Part shown: piece after piece, positions 11,470 to 25,250 of the stretch
How positions within the stretch are numbered: the stretch's first letter is position 1
Layout: every line of letters begins with the position of its first letter
NCBI RefSeq assembly: GCF_004010195.1
Contig: NC_057718.1
Span: 29,289,206 to 29,353,205, forward strand
Source: Chiloscyllium plagiosum
Taxonomy: Eukaryota
Length of the DNA: 64,000 nucleotides
Direction of reading: 5' to 3'
Translations under genes and position numbers: made by a program
The notes under the pieces: model-generated
Told to the model about the DNA's origin: nothing
What the model saw: only the letters and a program-made list of their open reading frames with translations
The model's database searches: none

Positions 11470-14400
11470 GCTGGAGCTGGAGGAACTTTGGATCATTCAG
11501 GAGGTGGAGGGTGTAATTGAGAGGAGTTAGAGGGAGGTAGTCACACCTCAGATACAAGAAAAAGGCAGATAGGGTTATAGTCGGGATGGAAAGGGAACCA
11601 GCAGACAGTGCAGGGATCTCCTGTGGTAACAGTGTACCATTTTGGATACTGTGGGAGGGTGGGGGTGAACGACTTACCAGGGGTAAGCCATGCAGTACAG
11701 GTCTCTGGCATAGAGCCAGTCCCTCTTACTCAGAAGGGAAGGGGAGAGAGGAGCAGAGCATTAGTCACTGGGGACTCCGTAGTTAGGGGACAGATAGGAG
11801 TTTCTGTGGGGACGAGAGGGGCTCACGATTGGTGTGTTGCCTCCCAGGTGCCAGGGTTCATGATGTCTCGGATCGTGTTTTCGGGATCCTTGAGGGGGAG
11901 GAAGAGCAGTCCGAAGTCGTGTTGCACATAGGCACTAACACAATAGGTAGGAAAAAAGGATGGGGAATTAAGGCAGAAATTCAGGGAACTAGGGTGAAAG
12001 CTTAGAGCTAGAACAAACAGAGTTGTTATCTCTGGTTTGTTATCTGTGCCAAGTGTTAGCAAGGTGAGGAATATGGAGAGACAAGAGTTGAATACGTGGC
12101 TACAGGGATGGTGCAGTAGCCTGGAAAATTGGGGCTCATTCTGGTGGGACCTCTACAGGTCTATACCTGAACCAGAGGGGAACCAATATCCTGGAGGGGG
12201 AAATTTGTTAATGCTCTTCAGGAGGGTTTAAACTAATTCAGCAGGGGGTGGAAACCTAAATTGAAGTTCCAGCGTCGTTGAGAGTAGTGAGGTCAGAAAT
12301 AAGTCTCAAGGTCACAAGAATGAACCAGCAAGCAGGAAGGTGGTTTGAACTGTGTCTACTCCAACACCAGGGGCATCCTGAATAAAGTGGGTGAACTTGC
12401 AGCATGGATTGGTACCTGGGACTTTGAAGTGTGGCCATTTCAGAGACATAGGTACTGCAGGGACAGGAATGGTTATTGCAGGTTCCGGGATTTAGATGTT
12501 TCGGTAAGAACAGAGAAGATGGCAAAAGAGGGGGAGGTGTGGCATTGTTAGTCAAGGACAATATTTCGGTAGCAGAAAGGATGGTTGAAGGCTCATCTAC
12601 TGAGGTAGTATGGGCTGAGGTTACAAACAGGAAAGGAGAGGTCACCCTGTTGGGAGTTTTCTCTACGCTCCGAACAGTTCCAGAGGTGTAGAGGAAAGGA
12701 CAGCAAAAATAAATCTGGATAGATGCGAGAGTAACAGAGTAGTTGTTATGGGGAACTTTAACTTTCCAAACATTGATTGGAAATACTATAGTTCATGTAC
12801 TTTAATGGGTCAGTTTTTGTCCAATGTGTGCAGGAGAGTTTCCTGACACAGTACGTAGACAGGTCAACAAGGGGCGAGGCCACATTGGATTTGGTACAGG
12901 GTAATGAACTCGGCAAGGTGTTAGATTTGGAGGTAGGTGAGCACTTTGGTGATAGTGACCACAATTCGGTTAAGCTTACTTTAGCAATGGAAAGGGTTGG
13001 TATATACTGCAGGACAAGAGTTGTAGCTGGGGGGAAAGGCAATTATGATGCAATTAGGCAAGATTTAGGATGCATAGGATGGGGAAAGAAACTGCAAAGG
13101 ATGGGTACAATTGAAACGTGGAGCTTATTCAAGGAACAGCTACTATGTGTCTTTGATAAATAAGTACGTATCTGTCAGGCAGGGGGGAAATGGTCACATG
13201 AAGGAGCCGTGGTTTACTAAAGAAGTTGAATCTCTTGTCAAGAGGAAGAAGAAGGTTTATGTTAGGATGAGACATGAAGCCTCAGTCAGGGCGCTGGAGA
13301 GTGACAAGTTAGCCAGGAAGGACCTAAAGAGAGAGCTAAGAAGAGCCAGAAGGAGACATGAGAAGTCATTGGCAGATAGTGTCAGGGTTTTCCTTGATCC
13401 TTTCTATCAGTGTATCAGGAATAAAAGAATGGAAAGAGTAACATTAGGGCCAATCAAGGACAGTAGTGGGAAGTTGTACATGGAGCCCAAGGAGGTAGAA
13501 GAAGTGCTAAATGAATATTTTTCAGCAGTATTCACACTGGAAAAAGACAATGTTGTCGAGAAGAATACTGAGATACAGGCTACTGGACTAGAAGGGATTG
13601 AGGTTCATAGGAAGGAGGCGTTAGCAATTCTGGAAAACGTGAAAATAGATAAATCCCCTGGCCTGGATGGGATTTATCCAAGGAATTTCTGGGAAGCCAG
13701 GGAGGATATTACAAAGCCTTTGGCTTTGATCTTTATGTCAGCATTATCTATAGGAATAGTGCCTGAAGACTGAAGGATAGCAAATGTTGTACCCTTGTTC
13801 AAGAAGGGGAGTGAGATAGCCCTGGTAATTATAGACCAGTGAGCCTTACTTCGGTTGTGGGTAGTGTTGGAAAGGATTATAAGAAATAGGATTTATAATT
13901 ATCTGGAAAGGAATAAGTTGATTAGGGATAGGCAACATGGCTTTGTGAAGGGTAGGTCGTGCCTCACAAACCTTGAGTTCTTTGAGAAGGTGACCAAACA
14001 GGTGGATGGGGGTAAAGCAGCTGATGTGATATATATGGATTTTAGTAAGGCACTTGATGAAGTTTCCCACGGTAGGCTATTGCACAAAATACAGAAGCAT
14101 GGGAATAAGGATGATTTAGCAGTTTGGATCAGAAATTGGCTAGCTGGAAGAAGACAGAGGGTGATGGTCGATGGGAACTGTTCATCCTGGAATTCAATTA
14201 CTAGTTTTACACCACAAGGATCTGTTTTGGATCCACTGCTGTTTGTCATTTTTATAAATGACTTGGATAAGGGAGGAAAGATGGGTTAGTAATTTTGCAG
14301 ATGACACTAAGGTCAGTGGAGTTGTGGGTTGTGCTGAAGAATGTTGCAGGATACAGAGGGACATAGATAAACTGCAGTGCTGGGCTGAAAGGTGGCAAAT

Positions 14401-15165
14401 GGAGTTTAATGTGGAAAAGTGTGAGGTGATTCAGTTTGGAAGGAGCAACAAGAATAAAGAGTACTGGGTTAATAGCAAGATTCTTGGCAATGTAGATGAG
14501 CAGAGAGGTCTTGGCATCCATGCACATAGATCCCCGAAAGTTGCCACCCAAGTTGATAGGGTTGTTAAGAAGGCATTTGGTGTGTTAGATTTTATTGGTA
14601 GAGGGATTGAGTTTCAGAGCCAAGAGGTACAAAACACTGGTGCGGCCGCACTTGGGAGTATTGCATACAGTTCTGGTCACCGCATTATAGGAAGGATGTG
14701 GAAGCTTTGGAAAGGGTTCAGAGGAGATTTATTAGGATGTTGCCTAGTATGGAGGGAAAGTCTTATGCGGAAAGGCTAAAGGACTTGAGGTTGTTTTCGT
14801 TCGAGAGAAGAAGGTTGAGAGGTGACTTACTTGAGACATATACGATAATCAGAGGGTTAGATAGGGTGGACAGTAAGAACCTTTTTCCTTGGATGGTGAT
14901 GCTAACATGACGGACATAGCTTTAAATTGAAGGGTGATAGATATAGGACAGATGTAGTTCCTTAGAGAGTAGTAGGGGGCGCGGAGCACCCTGCGTGCTT
15001 CAGTAGTAGACTCGTCAATTTTAAGGGCATTTAAATGGTCATTGGACAAACATATGAATGAAAATGGAATAGTATAGAATAGATGGGCTTAAGATTGGTT
15101 CCACAGGTTGGCATAACATCAAGGGCCGAAGGGTCTGTACTGCGCTGTAATGTTCTATGTTCTAT
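11470..15165 (+). mobile_element. Long CR1 LINE (ORF1 SGNH-esterase, ORF2 APE endonuclease + RT), inactivated
   Basis: ORF1 ALVTGDSVVRG and HIGTN-like motifs. APE GGGVALLVK and GDSDHN. RT KSPGLDGIYPR, YMDFSKA, PQGSVL, FADDTK. Many stops and frameshifts. (TGTTCTA)n tail. Confidence 0.92.
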
Positions 15166-16608
15166 ATATTGAGTTTGGTGGAGTTGCCGTGCAGATTTGT
15201 ATAAAGATAATAAAGCTAAATGGGTTAAATAATGAAGACAGGTTGCGCAGATCAGGTTTGCATTCCTTCAAGCATCTAGATCAAAAGAGCTTACAAATAA
15301 AGTTAAACAGTTCAGAAGGTACTTTTTGTAAAGTGAAGAACTTTATTTCCAAGACTGTCAAAACAGGAAAAGCACTCACCTTAGGAGGAATATTCTGTCC
15401 AAAATTTCTGGCCTTGAGCATTCTCAGTTAAAACCAGTCTAAACCAGGCCAAGTATTTACAAAGCCAGCAGCAGAATAGATTCACATCAAAAACCCATGC
15501 CTTTCATTTACATGAGTTGCCACATTCAGAATTTATAGGTACTGAAGCCACTTTATCAGTTGCTGGAAGAAGGTAAGTGTGTAATGTAAGTGGAACAGGG
15601 TGACAGAGGGATTTAGGTAGCAGGTGGCTGGTGAATAACATGGTAGCTGGATGAGGGTAGAATGGCAGATGGTATGGGGCGCAACAGGGCTGAATGATGG
15701 CTTGGTTGTCAGATCAGTGGATGACTGTTGAGAAAAGCTTGGGGCAAGGGAGGAAGTATCTTGAGGACAGGTATGAGGGATCAGGTTAGGTTGGTATGAC
15801 TTGGGTTCCTACAGCTTGACCATAATTTGCAGGTACAGAGAGTGCAAATGTTGGAAGTAAAGAAGTCTAAAGTGCTTCCTTTTGAGATAACCATGTGAGA
15901 ATGCATTGTGCCAAAAAATGTCTTAAAGCAAATATCCTACTTTAGCTTGTCAAGGGAAATTAATTTTGCCTGGGCCTTTATGCACTCACTCACTCCTGTT
16001 TATTTATTTAGGGCATACTACTCTCTTTTCCCTTTTTTTTTTGCCAGGCTCTTCCCAGGTCACAGAACCTCAGGTTGTGAAAGACAGCTTCAAGCTGTAG
16101 TGTTGCCGTTACAGGCACCGGATGTAAACAAAAGAACAAGTTCCATCAGACATTTACTCCCTCCCACATCCCTCAGAAAATTATTTGAGTACCATTCAAC
16201 ACAATGTGTCCAAGATCAAGAACTATGTGAGCAAGAGTGGGAGAATTAATCAGACACTCCAATACTCACTGATAATGTATCATAGAACTCTAACATTTCA
16301 GCATTTTTCTAATGAAAGCAACAAAGTACAGATGCAAACTATTAATCTGATTTAAGATGTTCTATTTATTAAAAAAAATACAGTTTTAGTTAACAGTGAA
16401 ATCTGCAACAGTACAGCAAAAATACATTTTCCATGTAGGAAGAGAATGTAACTGACTGATGAACTCAGAAATTAAATGTTCTTGGCCCATATTAGAAAAG
16501 ATATCTTGAAAAGAACTACAGTCAACCAACATTCAAATATTTTGGCCAAGTTTAATTTTATAATCTTAGGGAGATTTTGCCTCAATAGATTCATGCTCTT
16601 GTACTCAC

Positions 16609-16772
16609 TTGCAGTTTGCCTCTGTTTAATATACTGCTCAAGTACTTCTTAGCTTCTCTTATTTTGGGTTCATTCTTTTCCATTATTGGAGTGCAATCTT
16701 TCAGTTTGGCTGTATTTTCCTTGAGGCACTGTTCCAGGAGGACTTCAGCAAGGAGCAGATTCCCAAAATCAT
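16609..16772 (-). CDS. TTC7A: TTC7A coding exon 2 ([55 protein letters not shown])
   Basis: Close to human TTC7[38 protein letters not shown] as recalled. AG acceptor, GTGAGT donor, 164 bp. Confidence 0.95.
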
Positions 16773-19700
16773 CTTTCATTCGGAAGCAAAAAAATAAATT
16801 AACCAATTAGCATTGTCACAGAACACAAGTTAAAATTTATTTTAGTGCCAGCCTTTATTCTCAATCCATATTTAATCACTGATATGTACATTGCTTATTA
16901 TTTATAACTTACTAACTTATGAAAATAGTCCAAAATGCTTCACAGAAGTACAATCAAACAAAAAATGGACACTACACCAAAGAAGGAGCTATTAAGAGGG
17001 CATTAATGGAAGGGAGTGTTTGGATAGATGCTAAGCAGAAAATCTAAACACACAGGCTCAAACAGTTGAAGACAAAACCAGCAATTGCAGACTGCAGGAG
17101 CAAGAGAATTGCAAAAAAAACTGTCAGAGGTTGGCGTTCAGATGGGAATGTAGGTCTGGATTGAGGTTAGAAAGGGAGTAGCAAAGCCATAAAGAGATTT
17201 ACACAGAGATTCTCATTATAGGCATTCCATGTACATGCGAGGAAGGAAAATTATGATCAATAAATAGTCTTGCACAGTAACTTAATGGAGTTGGTGCCTA
17301 ACTTTCGGGTATTGGTGGTATTGTTACCAATATATCTTTACCATAAAGCCTTCAAAAGGCTTGGGCTGACCAGTAGCAAGTTCTAAGAGCTCTATAATGA
17401 TTATCTCAAACAATCCGCCTTCCCATGACTTTCAATGGCACTACCATCAATAACTATGCAATGACTAACATGTTGAGTGGCATCATTTGACAGCCATATC
17501 TACAGCATAGTTTCAACAGCAGAATAGAGTTTGCATGTGATCAACCTCCTATCTCTTCCAATATCTGAATGGTTTAAGTCAGGAGCATGATGAGATACTT
17601 ATTATTTGCTCAAGTGAGTGCAGTCACAGTAGCACTACTTCCGTTTCAATATTCATTTTTTCTATCATCTACTATATACAATTTATGGCAGGAGATCCTG
17701 AAGTTTTTTGTTTCATCTCGAGTCCTCCTCGCCTTTTCTAAAAACTCCACTAATACACTGTAACAAGTATTTTGTCTGTACAAAACTTAGTTATTAAAGT
17801 ATACATTCACTAAGATTGTGTTGCTTAATGCGACCAGAAGATTGATTTTATAATTGCTAGTGCTGCAGCGAGGTAGTATTGTATTAAGTAGGATCAGAAA
17901 TAAAAGATAAAAAATGAATAATAAGTTTCCAACAGAGTGAAGGAGATTTTGAAAATTCAACCTTCCTTAATATGTGCTTTGAAAACACTGGTATTATAGA
18001 ATTAAGAGAAGTTTCTCTTTGCAGCATCTAGTTTAATGGATTTGAATCACTGCTGTTTATAGTTAATTAACTTAAGGTGGGAGGCAATTTGGGAAACAAC
18101 CTTGAGATAATGCATCAGTATTAACGCTTTCAAGGAGTTCTTTCATAAGTGTGAAAAATATTATGATATTTAGAGTTATAGTTTTGAATGAGTACAAATA
18201 TCTCCAAACATACACAGGTATACCCTATTTATTAAAAGGCTGATTTAAAACTCATTCATACATTGACCTGCTTTCTTTAACAGATTACTGTAAATCAACT
18301 TTATTTTTCTACTACAGCCAAACGTCAGAGACAAACTAGCTCAGTATATGACCTAAACTGGGTCCTAAGCCCCATCATTAGTGGCACTTGCTGCAGTAAG
18401 AGAGCATAAAGAGAAAACTGTAGTAACTATTATTTTGCTGTTGGTTATTTATTATTTACTGGCTGCTGTTTTATACTGAATAATTTTAAAATTCTTACCT
18501 TGATTTTAAATCAATCCCTGACCTTGCTCCTCTCCATCTCTAGTCTTATCCAGTCCCACGTACCTGAGGGGATACTAGTGCTCCTTTAACTCTGCCTCTT
18601 GTGCATTCCTCATCATAACTGCTCTATAACTGATGGCCTCATTTTCAGTCGCCTCAGTCTTAAATCCTTGAATTTCCTTGCTACATCTCATCACCTTGCT
18701 TTCCTCCTTCAGATCACCTTAGTAAGCTTAGCTCTTTGACCAAGCTTTTGATACCTGAGGTATCCTATTTTGCTTTATAATGCTCCCATGAAGCATTCCA
18801 TTACATTATGTTGACATTGTTACATCTATAGCAGTTGTTTTGTCTATTTCTGATAGTTCAAATTTGTCTTTGAACTAAAAATAATTCAAATTATTGCATA
18901 ATGCAGGAAGTAGCAGCGCAAAGTGGGAATTTAATTCAAAATTAAATCAACAAATAATTTAAGCTTCAAATTAAGAAGGTATATAATTTACATTTTATTT
19001 TAAGCAAACTCAGAAAAAAAGTGAACAACGTGGAAAGCAGCTTATGCAATACATTTGTCAGAACACTAAATGCATTCATGTTCATGCACTCCTATTTAAA
19101 AATAGATCATTTAAACCGATCAAATTGTAGACAGATTAATTTGATGTGTGTGTGTGAGAAGAGTTCTTATGATGACAGCTCACCCTGAATTTTCCAGGCT
19201 GTTGTGTAACAACTGGTGGCATTTCTGAGATGTAAGATAAGATGTTATAGAAATACAAATCATCTCCTTTCTCTGTGATTAATCTGCGTGGTCCTGGGCA
19301 TTATATATTAACATCCCCAGGCTTAACTATTGTCCCTAACTTAATCCCAAGTGAGACCAACCCAAATGTTCCCAGGTTTACCACCACTGTTTCTGTAGCT
19401 CATGACTAAAGATATCACTGTTTGTTTTTCACTGCTATGGGAACAAGCATACCAATCGTAGTAGCTGGTAGCATACTGTCATTATCTGCTTCAATGCAAA
19501 CATGAAACTATAAAAATTCACATAGCTTTTCGAATAATGAAAACCACATTTTCCCAAAGCATGTGGTCAAGTTGCCTTTTTCTACTCCACTGCTTTCTTA
19601 CTTATCTTAAAACAGTATCAATTTGGACTAAGAAAAGAATCCATAGACACCAATCATCTTCTAGCAGCTTATAATGTGGGCATTTTTAGAAGCTAGTCTT

Positions 19701-19804
19701 AACAACTGGAACTCAATCACAGAAGCCATCACAAAAAAAGCCCATGTATTCGTTATTAGATTTGTGCAGAAACTTGTCTGTAGTTATGTAATGCATGACA
19801 GTGG

Positions 19805-20700
19805 ATATTGAAGAAGGCATTTGGTATGCTTGCCTTTATTGGTCAGAGCATTGAGTATAGGATTTGGGAGGTCATATTGCAGCTGTACAGGATATTGGTT
19901 CGGCCACTTTTGAAATATTGTGTACAATTCTGGTCTCCCTCCTATCAGAATGATGTTGTGAAACTTGAAAGGGTTCAGAAAAGATTTACAAAGATGTTGC
20001 TAGAGTTAGAGGGTTTGAACTATAAGCAGAGGCTGAATAAGCTGGGGTTGTTTTCCCTGGAACAACGGAGACTGAGGGGTGGCTTTACAGAGGTTTATAA
20101 AATCATAAAGGGCATGGATAGGCTAAATAGGTCTTTTCCGTGGGGTAGGGCAGTCCCGAACTGGAGGGCATAGGTTTAAGGTGAGAGGGGAAAGATATAA
20201 AAGGGATCTAAGGGAGAACGTTTTCACACAAAGGGTAGTGCATGTATGGAATGAGTTGCCAGAGGAAGAACATGGAACATAGAAGATTACAGCTCAGTTC
20301 AGACCCTTCATCCCTCGATGTTGCATCAACCTGTGAAACCAATCTGAAGCCCATCTAACCCACACTATTCCATTCTTGTCCATATACCTATCCAATGACC
20401 ATTTAAATAGCCTTAAAGTTGGCGAGTCTACTACTGCTGCAGGCAGTACATACCACACCCGTACTACTCTCTGAGTAAAGAAACTACCTCCAACATTGGT
20501 CCTATATCTATCACAGTGGAGGAGGCTGGGACAATTACAACATTTAGAAGTATCTGGATGAGTACATGAATAGGGTGGGGATGGATACGGGCCAAGCGCT
20601 TGCAAATGGAATGAGATTAATTTAGAATATCTGGTCAGCACGGATAAGTTGGACCGAAGGGTCTATTTCCATGCTATACATCTCTATGATTCTATGATTT
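19805..20700 (+). mobile_element. CR1 3' fragment containing an inverted CR1 3' end of another subfamily (20268-20514, minus)
   Basis: KKAFGMLAFI...LERVQKRF. The nested segment is the reverse complement of the 14930-15165-type tail. Confidence 0.85.
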
Positions 20701-20869
20701 TAAATGGACAGAACAGTAATAGTTTCAGAACACACAAAATGGAAGAGAGCAGAATAACAATCAAAAATTGTGCTTTTGGCAATACAGATAAAAGGGAAAA
20801 CTAAATGATGTGACATAATTAAATCAAGGAAGAAAGGTGAGAAACATGCCAAGAAAACACTAAGCAGAA

Positions 20870-21635
20870 GGACAAGCTGAGGAAAGTGTGGCCTGATTAA
20901 GTTGTTCTTTATACAAATGCATAGTACCTAAAGGAAAAAAAATTGAATGAATTGCAGGCACAAATTCAACTGTAAGTGTTCGATTTGGTAGCCATTCCTG
21001 AAACAGCTACAAAAAACTGTGGAATAGTTACCTTTTTAATTAAAGATAATACCATTACAAATGTACATGGATATAATGAGAGGCAAGCAGTCAGTAGAGA
21101 CTTTATCCACAGTACTAAGAAATAGAAAAGAATTTCAGATAGCAGTGGGAGTTATGCACAGACCCCCTGTGAAGTACCAGATTGTCTTAACATATGAGGA
21201 AAGTTTGAGGATTCTGGGTCTATACTTGATGGAGGTTAGAAAGATGAGGAGGGATCTAATTGAAACATACTGAATACTGAATGGTCTGAACAGACTAGAT
21301 GTTGGGAAGATGTTTCCATTGGTAGGAGAGACTAGGACCGGAGGGCACAGCCTTAGAGTAAAAGGAAGACCTTTTAGAACAGAGATAAGGAGAAACTTTT
21401 TTCCCAGAGATTGGTGAATCTATGGAATTCATTGCCACTGAAGGATGTGGAGGCCAGGTCATTGAGTATATTTAAGACTGAGATAGACAGGTTCTTGAGT
21501 ATCAAGGGGATCAAGGGTTATAGGAGAAAGCATGAGAATGGGGTTGAGAAATTTATCAGCTATGATTGAATGTCAGAGCAGACTTGGCAGGCTGAATGGC
21601 CTAATTTCTGTTCCTATACCTTATGGTCTATATGG
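20870..21635 (+). mobile_element. CR1 remnants (APE-region fragment fused to a 3' end)
   Basis: Degenerate APE start, then YEE.LR.LGL...RRDLIETY and a 3' UTR. Confidence 0.7.
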
Positions 21636-21679
21636 AGATTTGGAATAGGATCAAATTCAATATAAAGTTTGGAAGGGAG

Positions 21680-22460
21680 AAATCACAGAATTACTGAATC
21701 CCTTCAGTGCAGAAGGAGGCCATTCAGCCCATCAAGATCACACAGACCCTCAGAAGAGCATCCCACCCAGGCTGAGATCCCTACCACAAGAATCTCAGGG
21801 AGTACCTCTCCCACTGCAACTCCCAAGTCATTTCCTCTGCCCTGAAGCTCTTCAACCATGTCCTGAAACAGACTTGCCAGCTCAGCATCGCCCTCATGTC
21901 CTGTACCACCTGTCTAGGTAGGCACGGTGGCTCAGTGGTTAGCAGTGCTGCCTCACAGCACCAGGGTCCCCAGGTTCAATTCCAGCCTCGGGTGACTGTC
22001 TGTGTGGAGTTTGCACATTCTCCCCGTGTCTGGGTGGGTTTCCTCCAGATGCTCCGGTTTCCTCCCACAATCCAAAGATGTGCAGGTCAGGTGAATTGGC
22101 CATGCTAAATTGCCCATAGTGTTAGGTGCATTAGTCAGAGTGAAATGGGTCTGCGTGGGTTACTCTTCGGAGGGTCGGTGTGGACTGGTTGGGCTGAAGG
22201 GCCTGTTTCCGCACTGTAGGGAATCTAATCTAATCCTGTAACCCCACATTTACCATGGCTAATCCAACTAGCCTACACAGCCATAAACAATACAGACAAA
22301 TTTAGGATGACCAATCCATCTAGCCTGCACATCTTTGGACTGGGAGAGGAAGCCTGAACACCTGAAGGAAACCCACAACGACACAGGGAAAATGTGTAAA
22401 CTTCACACGGACAGTCACACATGGCTCCATAGAACTGTGAGGCAGCACCACTAACTATTG
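21680..22460. mobile_element. Nested SINEs: minus-strand HE1/V-SINE-like copy interrupted by a Penelope fragment (21788-21915) and a plus-strand HE1-like SINE (21917-22234)
   Basis: tRNA head ggcacggtggctcagtggttagc, V-domain-like tgtgtggagtttgcacattctcccc, CR1-like tail with (TAATC)n. Confidence 0.85.
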
Positions 22461-22544
22461 AAATGCAAAACAGCTGCTAAGGCAGGTTTCAATGGGTTGA
22501 AACAAAGACTATCCACAACTGGCCAAACCAGTGGAAAAATCAGT

Positions 22545-23402
22545 TTCTAGATTCGAGTAGTGCTGGAGAAGCACAGCCGTTCAGGCAGCATCTGAGGAGC
22601 AGGAAAATCGACGTTTCAGGCAAAAGCCCTTCATCGGGGATAGAGGCAGAGTGCCTGCAGAGTGGAGAGATAAATGAGAGGAGGGTGGGGGTGGGGAGAA
22701 AGTAGCATAGAATACAATAGGTGAATGGGGGTAGGGATGGAGGTGATAGGTCAGAGAGGAGGGTGGAGTGGATAGATGGAAAGGAAGATAGGCAGGTAGG
22801 ACAGGTCATGAGGGCGGTGCTGAGCTGGCGAGTCTGTTTCAGGACATAGTTGAAGAGCTTCAGGGCAGAGGAAATGACATGGGAGAGGGACTCCCTGAGA
22901 TTCTTGTAGAGAGAGGAGGAAAACGTCTTCACGGCAGGCATCCTTGCAAGAGGATTCGCAGTAGGGTTAAAATCAACTAGGTAAAAACAAGGACTGCAGA
23001 TGCTGGAAACCAGATTCTAGATTAGAGTGGTGCTGAAAAAGCACACCAGTTCAGGCAGCATCCAAGGAGCAGGAAAATCGATGTTTCGGGCAAAAGCCTT
23101 TCATCAGGAATAGAGGCAGAGTGCCTGCAGGGTGGAGAGATTCCCCCACCCTCCTCCCTGACCTATCACCTTCATCCTCACCCCCATTCACCTATTGTAC
23201 TCTATGCTACTTTCTCCCCACCCCACCCTCCTCTCATTTATCTCTCCACCCTGCAGGCACTCTGCCTCTATTCCTGTTGAAGGGCTTTTGCCCAAAACGT
23301 CGATTTTCAAGTTCCTCGGATGCTGCCTGAATTGCTGTGCTTTTCCAGCACCACTCTAATCTAGAATCTGGTTTCCAGCATCTGCAGTCCTTGTTTTTAC
23401 CG
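22545..23402. mobile_element. Non-autonomous Penelope-like element: partial tandem pLTRs plus an inverted terminal pLTR
   Basis: 15-bp TSD agtggaaaaatcagt (22530-22544, 23403-23417). Repeat offset 470 bp. 23143-23401 is inverted. Confidence 0.85.
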
Positions 23403-23479
23403 AGTGGAAAAATCAGTGGAAGGTGTTCAAACAAAATTGATACAGAACAAATTTATAGCTCCAATAAGCAAGGCCTCTA

Positions 23480-24200
23480 CTTTTTAGGCAGACAACTTGA
23501 AAGGTACTAGATAAGTAGGAAAAGAGGAAACATAAAAATGCAAAACATATACAAAAATGCAATTAGAGAGATTTAAAGATCAGCAAAGAATAGCAAAACA
23601 ATTGGTAATAGCTACAAAAAAGAAATGAAAAAAAGCATGCAAGTAAACACTTGTACAATTATCTTATCAAAGAGTGTGTTCAGGAGCAGCGTAAGCTTCT
23701 TAAAACATGATAACAGTATAATATCTATGAAAATTAGGAAATGGCAGACACATTGAATAAATATGTCAATTTTACATTAAAGGAAGGGGTCAGCATGCCA
23801 GACATTCCAAGGATTCAATTAATTAATTAGGTTTGAAGTCTCCAAATTTAAGAAAGCAAAATAACATAATGAAGAAATTAATGGCACTAAAAAGTCACAA
23901 ATCTCCAGGACCAGATAGTTTGTATCCCAGGATTTTGAAGGAACAAGTCATAATATGGAAAATGCTGTAACAATGATCTTCTGAAGTTCTCTTGGTTTAG
24001 GATCCATTCCTTTCAATTGGAAAATTGCACTCATTGTTCCACTGTTTAAGAAAGAATAGAGGGGAAAACTAGGAAATTACAGACAAATTGGCCTGATATT
24101 TGTACGGGAAACGATTAGAATTTATAATTAAGGAATGAGAAACTGAACTCATTGAAAGTTTCCAGTTGATCAGAGAGAGTCAAGGATTGTAAAGGATGAT
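23480..24200 (+). mobile_element. Highly degenerate CR1 ORF2 remnant
   Basis: aaatctccaggaccagat...tatcccagg (KSPGPD..YPR) and gttccactgtttaagaaag (VPLFKK). Confidence 0.65.
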
Positions 24201-25250
24201 GAATCTGATGCCTTTCCCTCACTATTTAGCATTGCGCAAGAACTGTGAAAATGGAAGAACGACTCCATGTTTGAAGGAGTCCTGATCAGACTCTGCTGTC
24301 AAAAATGCATAGCTCTTTTCCTTCATAAAAGAAAGGGATAGAGTGAAAATTCTCATGAGATTATCAGAAAAAATCTGGTCCAATGCATTAAATAAAAGAT
24401 TGAAGAGTTAGGTAGCCATGATAGCGTTGCTTCACATCACTGGTTATGGCAAAGGCATCAGACATCTCATCATAGGGACAAACAGCCCAACCATGACATT
24501 GTACAATATATGTAGGATTTTAACATACTGGTTTGATCATCTAGCTTGGAAAATAAATACCAAACAGCAGGTGGCTCATTGACAAAATCTTAAGTTAGGT
24601 ATATAACCAGTGTTTATAGATCCTGATATTGCTCCCTGTACTTTGTCGTTGTCTGTGCCATATTGGCTGTCCCACATGTAGCCCTAAACCAATACATGAT
24701 TGTCACACTGTGATTCCAGGGGACATTATCTACGAGTTTCTCTTGTGTATAGTTTATTGGAAATCAACCTGAAGCTGAGATGAGATCAGCCATGATGGTA
24801 TTAAATGGCAGAGCAGTTTCAAAGGGTTGAACTGCCTAGTTCTTATGTTCTTAACTTTGAACTTTCAAGCAAACTGTGAACTCAGAACCTCCCAGAGATA
24901 ACAGCAGCTTTTGAAAATAAGTCAAATAAACATTCAATGTCATAATAGCTCTTGGGGAAATGTCAATAAAGAACTCTCCTAAAACTGCACCACTGGAGGC
25001 AGTACTATTTTCAACCTAAAACAGAAGACTTGTAAATCAAAGCAGTCCAAGGATGACTTTCTTTTTACTCTTATTGCAGCAAATTCATATTTAAAGAGTA
25101 TTGTGGGTTTTTTTTTTAAATCATATGCAGACTTTATTCGTCATTTAAAAGCATTTACCTAATTCTGCCAATACATGATTGTCACGCTGCTAGTTAAGGT
25201 CTTCAGCACAGTCAAAATGGGGTCTATTTGAACTCAGCATTAAATTCAAA

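Noticed and set aside
11586..14910. Long RT/endonuclease ORFs as a host or domesticated gene
   Set aside because: A fragmented CR1 with multiple stops and frameshifts and no splice structure.
21917..21990. tRNA gene (also at 31310-31382, 45712-45785, 61020-61091)
   Set aside because: These are tRNA-derived SINE heads that continue into SINE body and tail.
24689..24775. C/D box snoRNA (ATGATT...CTGA)
   Set aside because: The C box deviates from RTGATGA, the terminal stem does not flank the D box, and I recognise no rRNA-complementary guide.
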